In this document: in pieces, positions 1 through 10,146 of the stretch
Layout: each line of letters begins with the position of its first letter
How positions within the stretch are numbered: position 1 is the first letter of the stretch
Assembly: GCA_000934665.2 (NCBI GenBank)
Contig: JYFJ02003340.1
Coordinates: forward strand, 1 to 43,271
Direction: 5' to 3'
Source: Catajapyx aquilonaris
Taxonomy: Eukaryota
Length of the DNA stretch: 43,271 bases
Position numbers and translations under genes: made by a program
The notes under the pieces: generated by a model
What the model saw: only the letters and a program-made list of their open reading frames with translations
What the model was told of the DNA's origin: nothing
Databases searched by the model: none

Positions 1-2
1 CC

Positions 3-137
3 AGTCCGGCAGACCAGATGAAGCCAGGTCGGGAGGAGGGGGAAACCATTCTGGGAGGCTTCGGAGGAGGAGGGTTTGGGATGGGCGGCCCTGGGTCACC
101 TCCGCTGCCACCACGGGTCGGGATGTCCGGATATTAA
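3..137 (+). CDS. 3' terminal coding end of an unidentified gene entering from the left (…SPADQMKPGREEGETILGGFGGGGFGMGGPGSPPLPPRVGMSGY*)
   Basis: GC-rich open frame 3..137 ending TAA, followed by AATAAA at 156-161. No family recognised and the frame choice is inferred. Confidence 0.5.
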   Translation, partial: SPADQMKPGREEGETILGGFGGGGFGMGGPGSPPLPPRVGMSGY

Positions 138-209
138 TGGAGCCTTACTGACCTGAATAAAGCTGGGTCTCTGATGAATCATGTGGTGTTATTATCTCCC
201 AAGATTGTT

Positions 210-3200
210 TTATTTATTTATTTTTTCAATCTGAACATTGTGGCCATAAACTATGCTTTTTATGTGTTTCTTCATATGCATCACCAGTTTGTATCTGAAA
301 GGGAAAATCTTCAGGCACACACCACAACGAAACTTTCCGGTATGAATCGCCATGTGGCCAGCCATAATACGTGATGACGAAAAGGATTTTTGGCACACAC
401 TGCACTGGAAAGGCTGCTCTCCAGTGTGGGACCTTCTGTGATCCTCCATTCTGCTCTTTATGAGAAATTTCGTCCCGCACAAGTCACAAGAGTAAGGCTT
501 CAGCCTGAGGTGGACCACCTTGTAATGTTGTTGTAGATATCGCTTCGTTGCGTATGACATTACACAAACATCACAAGCGTATGTCTTTGCCACATTGACT
601 GTTTCCCGGTTTTTCCAGTTCAATTCCGCAGTATTTCCTGAAGTCGAATCAGATGTCCCACAGTCCGCATTACACACATTGTCAGAAGTTCCTTGCATAC
701 TTGCATCAGATGGTTGTACTCCGCAGCTTTCCTGCAAGAAAACATTAAAATTATTACACAAATGGCACTGCCACTGGCTAAATCACATCATGTTCATAAG
801 AGGAAGCAGCATCACAATGCATATTATGTTAGGCAAATCTGCAAACTGTAATTTGTTTCATGTTTATTCACATGTGATTCCTACGCCCACAAAATGTTGC
901 GGAAAAACACACATAAATTTCCAACCAAATTACATTCTGAACATTCACATGCCTGGCCTCATTCTACAACATGTTTCGTCACAGATTAATCTACTCGATT
1001 GCCGCTTTTCCTAATTTTTTCCCCTATAACATTTCAGGTACATACCACCGGCAAACTCCTGGAATTTTTTAAAACAAAGTATCCTCTTCAGTGGGGATTT
1101 AATAGCACAAATTATTCTGTCACTTCCGGTGAAGGTTGTCCGGCATATTCCGCACCCATACTCTTTTTGTGCATCGATATTAGATGATTCAATGTGTGAA
1201 GTGCTGGAAATGATTTTGTGCATGTTTCGCACTGTAATGTCCTCTTTCCTTCATCCTCCGATTGAGTCTGTGAAATATTTCTCATGTCAGACGAGTGAAA
1301 CTTATTTACACCTTGATAGAGAGCAATGTGATATACTATTACTTGTATATTAGACGAGTATGGTGTTCCGCACACATCGCACGTGTGTGCTTCTTCCATG
1401 CGACCATCTTCCTGCTTGGTCACCACCTCTGAATTTAACGCAGCATTTTCTGTGACCGCAGCACACATTGTTTCCTCAGTACGTCTCTTATACTTTGCTC
1501 TACTTCGTTTCATTTTGCGGCCAACCTATAAGAAACACCAATGCTATAATGGACCTTCTAACCCAAACTTCTCAGCTGCGGCATGCTTACAAGCTACAAC
1601 ACAAACAGGTACAAGATGCGCATTGGCAGAAAAAAAAAGCTTAAAGACGCATTATCATCTCAACGAAACTACCTTGACCTAGTGTTCCCATAGCTCTATG
1701 AATGTTCAGCGGAAATTCCATTACCGTTCCATGCATTAAAAATTATGTGAATTGGGCAAACATACCTTTTTCCTCCTCTTGGTTTTCTTCCCCGTCCCAA
1801 TTTTGTGGTGGTAGGGAGGCACATATTCGTCCTCAGAGTCACTCGCAGTAGGGACATCCTGGCTATTCTCCTCTGCTTCTGTATATGAAGGAGCCTGAAA
1901 ATAAAGCCAAGTCGTCAACAACACTTTACTCCATAGATCGCCCCATAGAAGAATTAAAATGAGTTGTTTTTTTGCCAAATACAGCTTATTGTTAAAAATT
2001 ACAAAAAAACACAGCTTGACCTTGACTTTCTCGTCTCTGAATTTGGCTAGAACATGTTGCCAATGTATCGGGGAATACTTCGCCAACATGTTGCACTAAA
2101 AATTAACTCACAGGATTTACATTTTTAAAAAAAATTATAATTCAGGTGTCAGTAATCACATCGTTAGAAAAAAAAATCAGGTCATACTTACAGCAGAACG
2201 TTTACTCCTAGTCAGACTTATGCCTGGACGTACGAAATCTGATGTAAAAGCATCGTCTCCATCTGCAACATGACCGTTTATTACTTACTGTATAGAAACA
2301 AAAACTGAAGGACAAAACTACACAATTACAGTGCCAACTACTGTACAGTGAACTCCTTCAACCGACTAGCATTACTGCAATTATCTATAGCTTTGGAGCC
2401 ATTCATTTGTAAACATGTGAGCCATACTTATATCGGCAGCAGATCCATCTTCTGCATATATGCCATTATTTATGAGGTTGGCAATTTCAGCGATATTTCT
2501 GTCCGTCTCTTCTGTCAGGTCTCGATTCCAGCCCAACTGCAAAAGAAAATGAGCAAAAACCCTTTCAATTCCAGGAAAAAAAATTTTGGTATTCGGCAAG
2601 TCAAGCGATGAAGTCATACACGAATTATTCCAAACATGTAAATTTCAAACCAAAATTTTTTTAAAGATTGAGAGCACCATTTAGCATATGATCAAATTGT
2701 TGTGACCTTTTTACTCACCATGCTTTTATAACCATCCACATTTTCGGGCTCTATTGACACCTCCTCAGTCCATAGGTCCGTTTCTAATTTGATTTGGTTC
2801 ACAGCCTCTAACGCATCACAATTTCTTTGGACGTTGACGGAAGTAAGAACTGAAGCAGCAGCTGAAATTTAACATGCAACCCATTAGTAAAAGATGTATG
2901 TTCCTGTATCCATTACAGGAAGTACCCGTGGTTCAGAGGAATAAAGTTGATGAAAACTAAAATTAACTCACACTGACGTGTCTTCCTGGTTCGCATTGCA
3001 CCTTGTGTCACATCATTCGCTGGTCCATGATCCTGGCCACGTAAGGCATCAGTATAGTGATTCAAGTTGTCCGAGTCAATCCGGCTATTTACATTAGTTG
3101 GCTGTTTTTTGCAGGCACCCTAAAATAATTCAACATTCGATTCAAGCATGAGTACATTAAGAATCATGAACTAAGGAATGTACAAATTTTTGTGGTTGCT

Positions 3201-3777
3201 TTATTATTCACGTCAGGTAAATATGCAACTTCAATTTTTTTTAAAACACCCGACATGATGTTTCAATCACAAAATAAACACTGGCTTGTACTCAGCCGAT
3301 TACTTACAGCAGGACGTTTCCTAAGATTCATTCTACCTGACCCAGCGTCAGTGGTCAATGATGGGTCGCAGGCCACAGCAGGCCTTATGTCCGTCTCATC
3401 TGGTTCGTTGCATTCCGAGATTCCAGTCGTAGTGCCCGTTACCCATCCACTAGCTTGAAAATTGCTTCCAAGTCCTTCATGAATGTTTTCCTCTTTATGG
3501 GCCGAGTTCCCAGGATTTCCTGCGGGTTCAACTGGTACACGAGGCCCAGCCTGCTCACCTGTCAAGAACATTAACATGTTAACAATTTGTCACATATAAT
3601 ATTGGCAGTTTCACCTTCCATTCCTCTTTCCATGAACCACTCCTTCAGCCTGGTCACCACTCCCATTGTGACCCTCTCTTCCAGAGACTCCAGTCCGGAC
3701 ACCACAGACTCCAGAAGACGCTTGTTGCGGTCCGAGTTGTCCAAAAGAATGTCCAGAGTCCTATCCAACTTGCCCAT
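210..3777 (-). CDS. Multi-exon C2H2 zinc-finger protein with an N-terminal coiled-coil-like segment and 4 intact C-terminal fingers
   Basis: Phase-consistent exons 3777-3615, 3558-3308, 3119-2972, 2861-2719, 2536-2428, 2262-2192, 1894-1766, 1525-(donor uncertain, ~1343 or ~1124) and 731-210. The last exon has four C2H2 fingers (YACDVC..H..VH, YSCDLC..HRRSH, TGEQP linker, FQCSVC..HMAIH, FRCGVC..HMKKH). accATGg start at 3777. Confidence 0.75.
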
Positions 3778-4269
3778 GGTTCCTCCTAAGCCTGTCTTCA
3801 GCAACGATAGCCCAAAATCAGCCAAAAATTCAAGCCAAGAAAAACTTTTTCATGGAACATTCGAAGCCGCCATCTTTGAAGGGCTGTATACAACACAGCA
3901 GCTGGTCGATGTAACAGCTGGAGTAGCTGTTCTTCGGAAAGTAACGGCTAAATAGCAGTTTGAAACTCTGAGTGTGTTAATTACACAATTTTAATTATGG
4001 ATTTAATTATGGTGCATTGTTGATGACAATCTGGTCATATCAGCTAATTAGCTATAATATTATAAAAGGCACAGTTTGTCTGGTCCATTGCAACGACTCA
4101 ACGAGAGTGGATCTGCAATGAAATCGCATGAGATGGTTTCCAATACAGGTTGTACCTATGTACATAATGGATTTTATTTTAAATAGTGGCTGTTCACTCT
4201 AGGTACACACTGTTGTAATAAGACAATGTTATAACACACACCATTGTAACGCTACTGACAATAGGCTAC

Positions 4270-4828
4270 TCAATAGAGATCGGGCTGCCTGAGCCTGGCC
4301 GTTCTGTCCTTGTTGCCGACGTGCTCCTTGAACAGCCTCATGACCTCGGTGTCAAACTCTTTGGGCGTTGGTTTGACCCCGGTTGCCCAGTAGTACAGAT
4401 CCCAGTCGTTCGAAGGGAGGTTGATCATGCGGTCATACTCCTCCAGCTGCGACTCGCTCATGGTGTCCAGGTACTTGGCCGAGAAGGTGCTCAGTAGAAG
4501 GTCGTTCTCCAGCATCCCACGCTTCCTGGACTGGTAGAGAAGGCGGGCCCTCTTCTGGTCAGAAGGCTCGCCTACTTTGGGCTCAAACGGAGGGATCCAC
4601 GATTCAGTCGACAGCATGCGGACAGCCATCACCTGGAACAAATCAAGCTAATCTTATAAGAAAGTGTGTTTGTGTGTTTGTCCATGGCAAACCATAGCAT
4701 CAAGGCATGGCAACAGGCCGTGGGAAGAACGGGCTCTCCTGCTAGTTTGGCATAAACGTTGCAGCGGTTACACTCACCGTCTGTGGCCGGAACATGGCCA
4801 ACAGCTGCCTGGACATCATGGACATCAT
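4270..4828 (-). CDS. SDHAF2: Succinate dehydrogenase assembly factor 2, mitochondrial (~137 aa)
   Basis: Exons 4828-4778 (presequence-like [17 protein letters not shown], donor gtgagt) and 4632-4270. Signature motifs [21 protein letters not shown] and [11 protein letters not shown]. Confidence 0.96.
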
Positions 4829-4874
4829 GGGGACGTCCTGGTTGCGGACTGAGAACGTCCCAAACGGATCAAAA

Positions 4875-4949
4875 CGGAAGGAATTAAGACCCTGCGTCTT
4901 CAGCAAATGTTGCGAATGGGGGCTGCCATCTTGGTGCATGTGACGTCAC
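4875..4949 (-). promoter_or_regulatory. Housekeeping-type promoter motifs upstream of SDHAF2
   Basis: ETS-like CGGAAG at 4875-4880, YY1-like GCCATCTT at 4925-4932, CRE palindrome GTGACGTCAC at 4940-4949. Confidence 0.45.
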
Positions 4950-5185
4950 GAAGTAGCACAGCAGCTACAAGATTAAGCAGCTTCTTGTAGCTTAGCTAGA
5001 AATCACTGTGAAAAAATAGCTCTTCAAACACTGTAAATTATGATACGGACGCTTATAATTAGTGTTTCATTAGTAGTCGCTCATAGTGTGCCGGGTGAGG
5101 TGTAATTACCGGTACTATAGGGGTCTTATTACGTCATCTAAAGTGGGCCAAGAAGTGTTGCCAAAATTTGGCAATGGGTCATCCG

Positions 5186-5255
5186 CTGCGGCTGCTGCTG
5201 CTGCTGCTACTATACTACTACAGTACTACTACTAGACTTACTACTACAGGTACAG

Positions 5256-5303
<48 letters not shown>
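5186..5303. repeat. Compound (CTG)n/(CTA)n microsatellite
   Basis: Direct reading: ctgctg… grading into ctactactac…. Confidence 0.95.
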
Positions 5304-5305
<2 letters not shown>

Positions 5306-5564
5306 GTGGTTGGTGGTTGACCTTTTGCTGAAGGAAGGATCGGGGTTGGAGGTCAGAGGGTGGTGGAACATGACCCCGCTCCATAGGGCAGCCTGGAATG
5401 GTCACCTGGATACGGTCAGGTTCCTGATGTGTCAAGGGGCTGACCAGAAGGCAAGGGACAAGTACGGTCAGACGCCCTATGACCTCGCCAAGAAGATGCG
5501 GAGAACTGATGTTGCCAATCTTCTAAAGGTACCTACACGAAATTATTTTACATCAACTGGGTGA
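5304..5564 (+). pseudogene. Ankyrin-repeat coding fragment (about 2 repeats); isolated exon or disrupted gene
   Basis: VVDLLLKEGSGLEVRGWWNMTPLHRAAWNGHLDTVRFLMCQGADQKARDKYGQTPYDLA matches the ankyrin consensus. There is no in-frame ATG or clear acceptor upstream (microsatellite with an in-frame stop). Possible donor AAG|gtacct near 5529. Confidence 0.6.
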
Positions 5565-6225
5565 GTCATTAAGTTAGTTTATTTTAACGAACGCGACCGA
5601 GTGCGCACCACAGTTCTCGCAGCTTGCATGGTTGGAATTATCAATGATATAGTGTGTGTACTGCGCTGCACTTATTTCCAACGCTATGTTTGAGAAGGAG
5701 AAAAATTGCCTCCGTTTGCGACGTTGCCAAAAGCTCCAGAACGAACCTAAGATGCTACTAGATGGCAACGTTGCCGTCTGAAATGGAGCTGCGCGAGTGT
5801 GGATGCGCACTCGGTTGCGCTCGTAACAATTTTTTGAAAATATTATTGCAAAGGTAAATTGAAGTAATGTGCACGCTTTAAACGCAATTATTTCGTTAAA
5901 ATTACCAGGAACTGCAACCACTTAACTCTTTTTTTCGTTGTTAACAGAAGCTGCAACACCACCAGTCGTGGAAATTTTGGCAGTAGCTACGTCACACTTT
6001 GTTGTGAATTCTTCAACAATGAATGTGCATTGCCAACCTAAGAAAGGAAACTTAAAAATGCAAACAGAGTTGTTTACATTATTTGGTAGGGAAACGTCTC
6101 ATTCGACTCCGAAGATTCAAAGAGATAGGACGCGTATTTATCATTCGTGAACGGTTTACACTTTTTAATTGCATTTTTTTAAATTTTTTACAATAATTTT
6201 TAATATATTGCAATAATTTTGAGGC

Positions 6226-7513
6226 ATGTCGGCATTGAGGTACCGTAGCAGACTCGCTGACTACCTAGATGTCGGAGAGGATAAGATTAGAGAAGATATT
6301 CGGTTGTGGAAAGTATGGCGATTAGCAAATGGGACACCACCTTCGGAGATATTCCCTGAGCCTGAACCACCGTCGTCGCCACCTGAGTACGACGAGGACA
6401 CCTGCTGTCATCGTGTCCCACCTGTGCTGGCCGAATGTGCCAAACTTGTGGACATCACACCCGAGGTCAATCCGGACGACATCAAAACGAAGCAGGTCAC
6501 TACGTACAAAGTTCCAGAGAGACCAAAGAAGAATGACCTACCACCATTTTGTTATGGGTCCAACAGCTACTGCACATCGCTGCCTAAGATCATACGAGAA
6601 GGTACGTATCTTTTTTTGCATTGTTGATGTCGCATCATCAATAAATCGTGCACCACTTTTCCAGGCCCGACAGGCGATTCACGTGCATCTAAAGTCATAG
6701 GCGAATGGGTAGATTGGCCACATGCTGGGGTGTACAGAAAGATGCAAATCGAAGCTACATGTCACTACCCGCAGGTCTACTCAGAAGACACAAGGTAAGT
6801 ACTCGTCCTGTACAGTGTTTGGGTGACAGCTCTGTCCATGCCAAGCCCAGTATGACTTTTGGGGTTAAACTTTAATGACCTGTTTCTTTCGTCCCTCCAG
6901 GCGCATGGATATCCTGTCAAAGAATTTCCCGTCCGTGGATGTGTACACAGGGGCCTTGCCCTTACGACCTCAATACCAGTACAATTTCGAGGAGGACTAC
7001 GCATCGGTGTTCCAAGAGAAGAAAGGCAGCAGCAAAGGACGCAAGCACCAGAACTCCTTGGACTTCCCAGATTCTCGGCTTGATGACAGAAAGCCCTGGA
7101 ACAAGTACATGCAGCTGGGTCCTCCGTGGTTTGAACCTCTGGAGATCGTGAAGAACTTGAGCAAAGCAGAGTTGGTCGACGCACGGAGTAAGTCGGATCA
7201 TGACGCCAAGATGATGCTGGTTGCCCCTGTGACCACGGAGGAAAAAGTGAGACGCCAGACGGAAGCGGCTATTCATCTGAACAGCGATGGTAAAAACTCC
7301 AGGTTCCACGACAAGTGCATGCATCCGGAGGAGTCAAAATACTGCACCTGCCCGCCCAGCAAGGGACCATCGAGGAGAGTGTTTCATCGCCCAGCTCGGC
7401 CGAAGAAGGCACAAACAACAAGTTCCTCCACATTCGCCTCCACAACTACTACTGGTGACTCCCCGTCTGTGAGGACAATGTACCGGAAGAAGCAAGGCGC
7501 ACCATGGATATAG
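6226..7513 (+). CDS. Uncharacterised protein, paralog A (~372 aa, 3 coding exons)
   Basis: Exons 6226-6601, 6665-6794 and 6901-7513 with GT-AG introns of phase 1 and 2. The joined frame is open and homologous to paralog B. A further 5' exon (6058-6085) is possible. Confidence 0.8.
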
Positions 7514-7602
7514 ATAGGAGGTGTACAATCAGCATTTGCTGACATTAAAGTTTCAATCAGAATAATATTTTGGTAATTTTCAAACGTACTGCGCCATTTC
7601 AG

Positions 7603-7616
7603 CAGCGCCATCTATG
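7603..7616 (-). promoter_or_regulatory. CTCF-like insulator motif between paralogs A and B
   Basis: Minus strand reads CATAGATGGCGCTG, matching the TAGATGGCGC CTCF core. Confidence 0.4.
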
Positions 7617-7879
7617 ATGCATAGCCGGAAGCGCTAGCCTCCGATTAAGCCCTGCCAGCTACTGCCATCCTTGGCGTATACCAGAACTAACAGAACAACC
7701 CTCTCATTCCAGATCTATAGACCAAAATTTTGGGCATTTAGACTTTTAAAAGCGCAGTTTTCGGACTTTTTGCTCAATCACAACGAGATTTGCCATAAGT
7801 GTGCAAAGTTTCAGTGCTCTCAGCGGTGTGGAAGTGTGCTAGGTAGCCCGGACAAACACGGGCAATACCGGAGAGTCAA

Positions 7880-9963
7880 ATGACCCGACGTGTCGATGTA
7901 TGAGAGTTACTCTGTTGATTACATTGTTGCATATCCTTGACTCCCAACAGTATACAGTTGCGTTCCGACCTAAAGGCACGTCGGGTGCTGCCTCCGTTTG
8001 TCCAAGTCCCTTTTATGACATCTCAGCCATGATCGCCCCGAGCAGACACCAGCGGTACGATGACCACCTACTCTTCAACACCGACCGGATCGTAAATGAC
8101 GGCATACGTAACTGGCAGACGTCCCGGACACTTGACCACAATCCGCCTAGGGCTTTCAAACAACGGTTCGCCTTCACGGCTTCAGATGCTTCAGGCATTG
8201 GACCATGCATGGGAGGAGAGCCTGCGTCCTGCTTACCACACGGGGCTCAAACCAATCCCCATCTGTCCGAAGGAATACTGGACAAGCCGGAACCACGAAT
8301 TGCGGGCACAGATAGGGTCATCAAGTTCAAGCCAGCTCAGACATCCTTGAAGCAAGATCCAGGGCCATTTTGGTACGGATCCAAAAGCAATTTGGCACCC
8401 ATGCCTCCAGCTGTAAGAGATGGTAAGGTATATCGCGACTGATCTTTCCTACGCGACGAAATGGCGCTCATATGTAACCGAAGAAAAAAAATTTCTGTGA
8501 ATGTTGTGGCGCAGCAGATCAACGAACGTTATTGTGGATTTGCCATCGCTCTTTGAACTGCCCCGCGCCTCCACTCCGACTCCCCCGCCACTTCGTCGCA
8601 TAGTAAAGATCATCCGTCATCGTTGACTCTGTATTCCTAGGCATGTCCGGCAACCCCAGGTCATCCAGCGAGATAGGCAGCTGGGTCAAGTGGATCCCTC
8701 CGGAGAGGGAAAGGGAACTGTACCACTTTGAAAACACCACAAGGCATCCTCGGGAGTGGTCTCACGACACACGGTAAGCTCAACACGAGTGTGCATGAAT
8801 AAGGTAGCAGACCTGAATCTCAAAAAGAGAGGCAGTTTCGGCTGATCTTTCCTACGCGACGAAGTGGCGGAAGTCGGGGGGTAGAGGCGCGGTGGAGCAG
8901 TGCAAAGAGCGGGGCAGGGTCAGTCCCTGAGCGTGATAATTGCAGAGCTCGGTCATGTAACCGCAAAAAAATTACTGTAAGTTTTGTGGCGTCACAGGCC
9001 AACGAACGTTATTATGGCTTTGCCACGGCAAGATTCACTCGGGCGTCACATGCGGTCGCCGAACTGGCCCTTCGAGCTTCCACCTCGACTCCCGCCACCG
9101 CGACTCCCGCCACCGCGACTCCCGCCACCTCGACTCCCGCCACCTCGACTCCCGCCACTTCGTCGCGTAATAAAGAACGTTATTGTGGCTTTGACAATGC
9201 GAGATGCGTTTCGTAACCACCCAAACTTTTTTCCCCCCACAGGCACTTGTCTTCACTCTGTGTGTCCTACCCTCACATAAACTGGTACGCTGGCGAAGAG
9301 TGTCTGTACGGTCCGCCCCTGCAGGTGTCCTATGCGGGGCTGAAGATAAAGGAGGCCCCACCGAGCGTGGCCCCTCGAGGTCGCAAGATCTTGGTTGACC
9401 TCTCCAAGATGCCTCCGCACACACCGGATCGCAACAGAGGCACCATCACCACCAACTCGACCCCTTGGCATCACCAGGAGCACCCTCCGTGGAACCGTCG
9501 TATGCAGGTTGCACCCGATTGGATGAAGGTGCTGGACAGGACCACCAGAGGAGCGATGAAGATGCAGGAGCAACAGACGACGCTGCCGATTGCGTCGGAA
9601 TCACGTAGGAGCGTGATGCTGGAGTCGTCTCCTTCGGTGGAGCAAGTGCGGGTGTCAATGTCGGGGCCGTCTGCCCCTGGCGAACTGATGACGACCGAGC
9701 AGCAACGTCGACTGCTGATGCGGAGACAGACCACGCTGCAGGAGAGGACCAAGCGACAGGAGGTGTCGTGCACTCAGCTGCAGAGCAGACGGGGACACAA
9801 CTCGACGTTTCACTCCAAATGCTTCGCTGAGTTCAAGGGCGCCAGGAAGTCCAGGGGTTGCTTCGATAAGTGGAGGATCAGGAAGGAGAGGGAACAAAGG
9901 GCAGAAGCAGCAGCTGCTGCTGCCAAAGGATCCGCATGGGACTCACAGACGATTAAAGAGTAA
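7880..9963 (+). CDS. Uncharacterised protein, paralog B (~447 aa, 4 coding exons)
   Basis: caaaATG at 7880. Exons 7880-7897, 7951-8422, 8641-8773 and 9243-9963. The last two introns are phase 1 and 2 at positions homologous to paralog A. Confidence 0.8.
8440..8612. mobile_element. MITE-like element with TGATCTTT…AAAGATCA termini, copy 1 (intron of paralog B)
   Basis: ~27-bp imperfect terminal inverted repeats tgatctttcctacgcgacgaaatggcg / cgccacttcgtcgcatagtaaagatca. Internal aacgaacgttattgtgg is shared with the other copies. Confidence 0.7.
8843..9177. mobile_element. Same MITE family, longer copy with an internal 15-bp tandem repeat (cgactcccgccacc[g/t] x5)
   Basis: Left end tgatctttcctacgcgacgaagtggcgg; right end ccgccacttcgtcgcgtaataaaga; 15-mer array at ~9082-9160. 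Confidence 0.65.
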
Positions 9964-10146
9964 TATCACGGAGTGTGCACGAAATACACTGACAACAAAC
10001 GTATACACGCAGCATTTAAATAACAAAAAAGAAGGAATTATTTACGTACCGTAAACACTACATGTAATGGAATGAGTGACATTTGAAAAGAGTAAAGGGC
10101 AATGTGATGGGCACACTTGTCGTTTTTTATTGAGAGGGTTGAATGG

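Noticed and set aside
7931..7950. ATATCCTT/TCCTTGAC resembling U12 intron signals
   Set aside because: The matching donor (GTATGA at 7898) is U2-type, and a normal 53-nt GT-AG intron explains the structure.
8984..9424. PPPRL, WRESR and GGGSR repeat ORFs
   Set aside because: 15-bp tandem repeat within an intronic MITE of paralog B.
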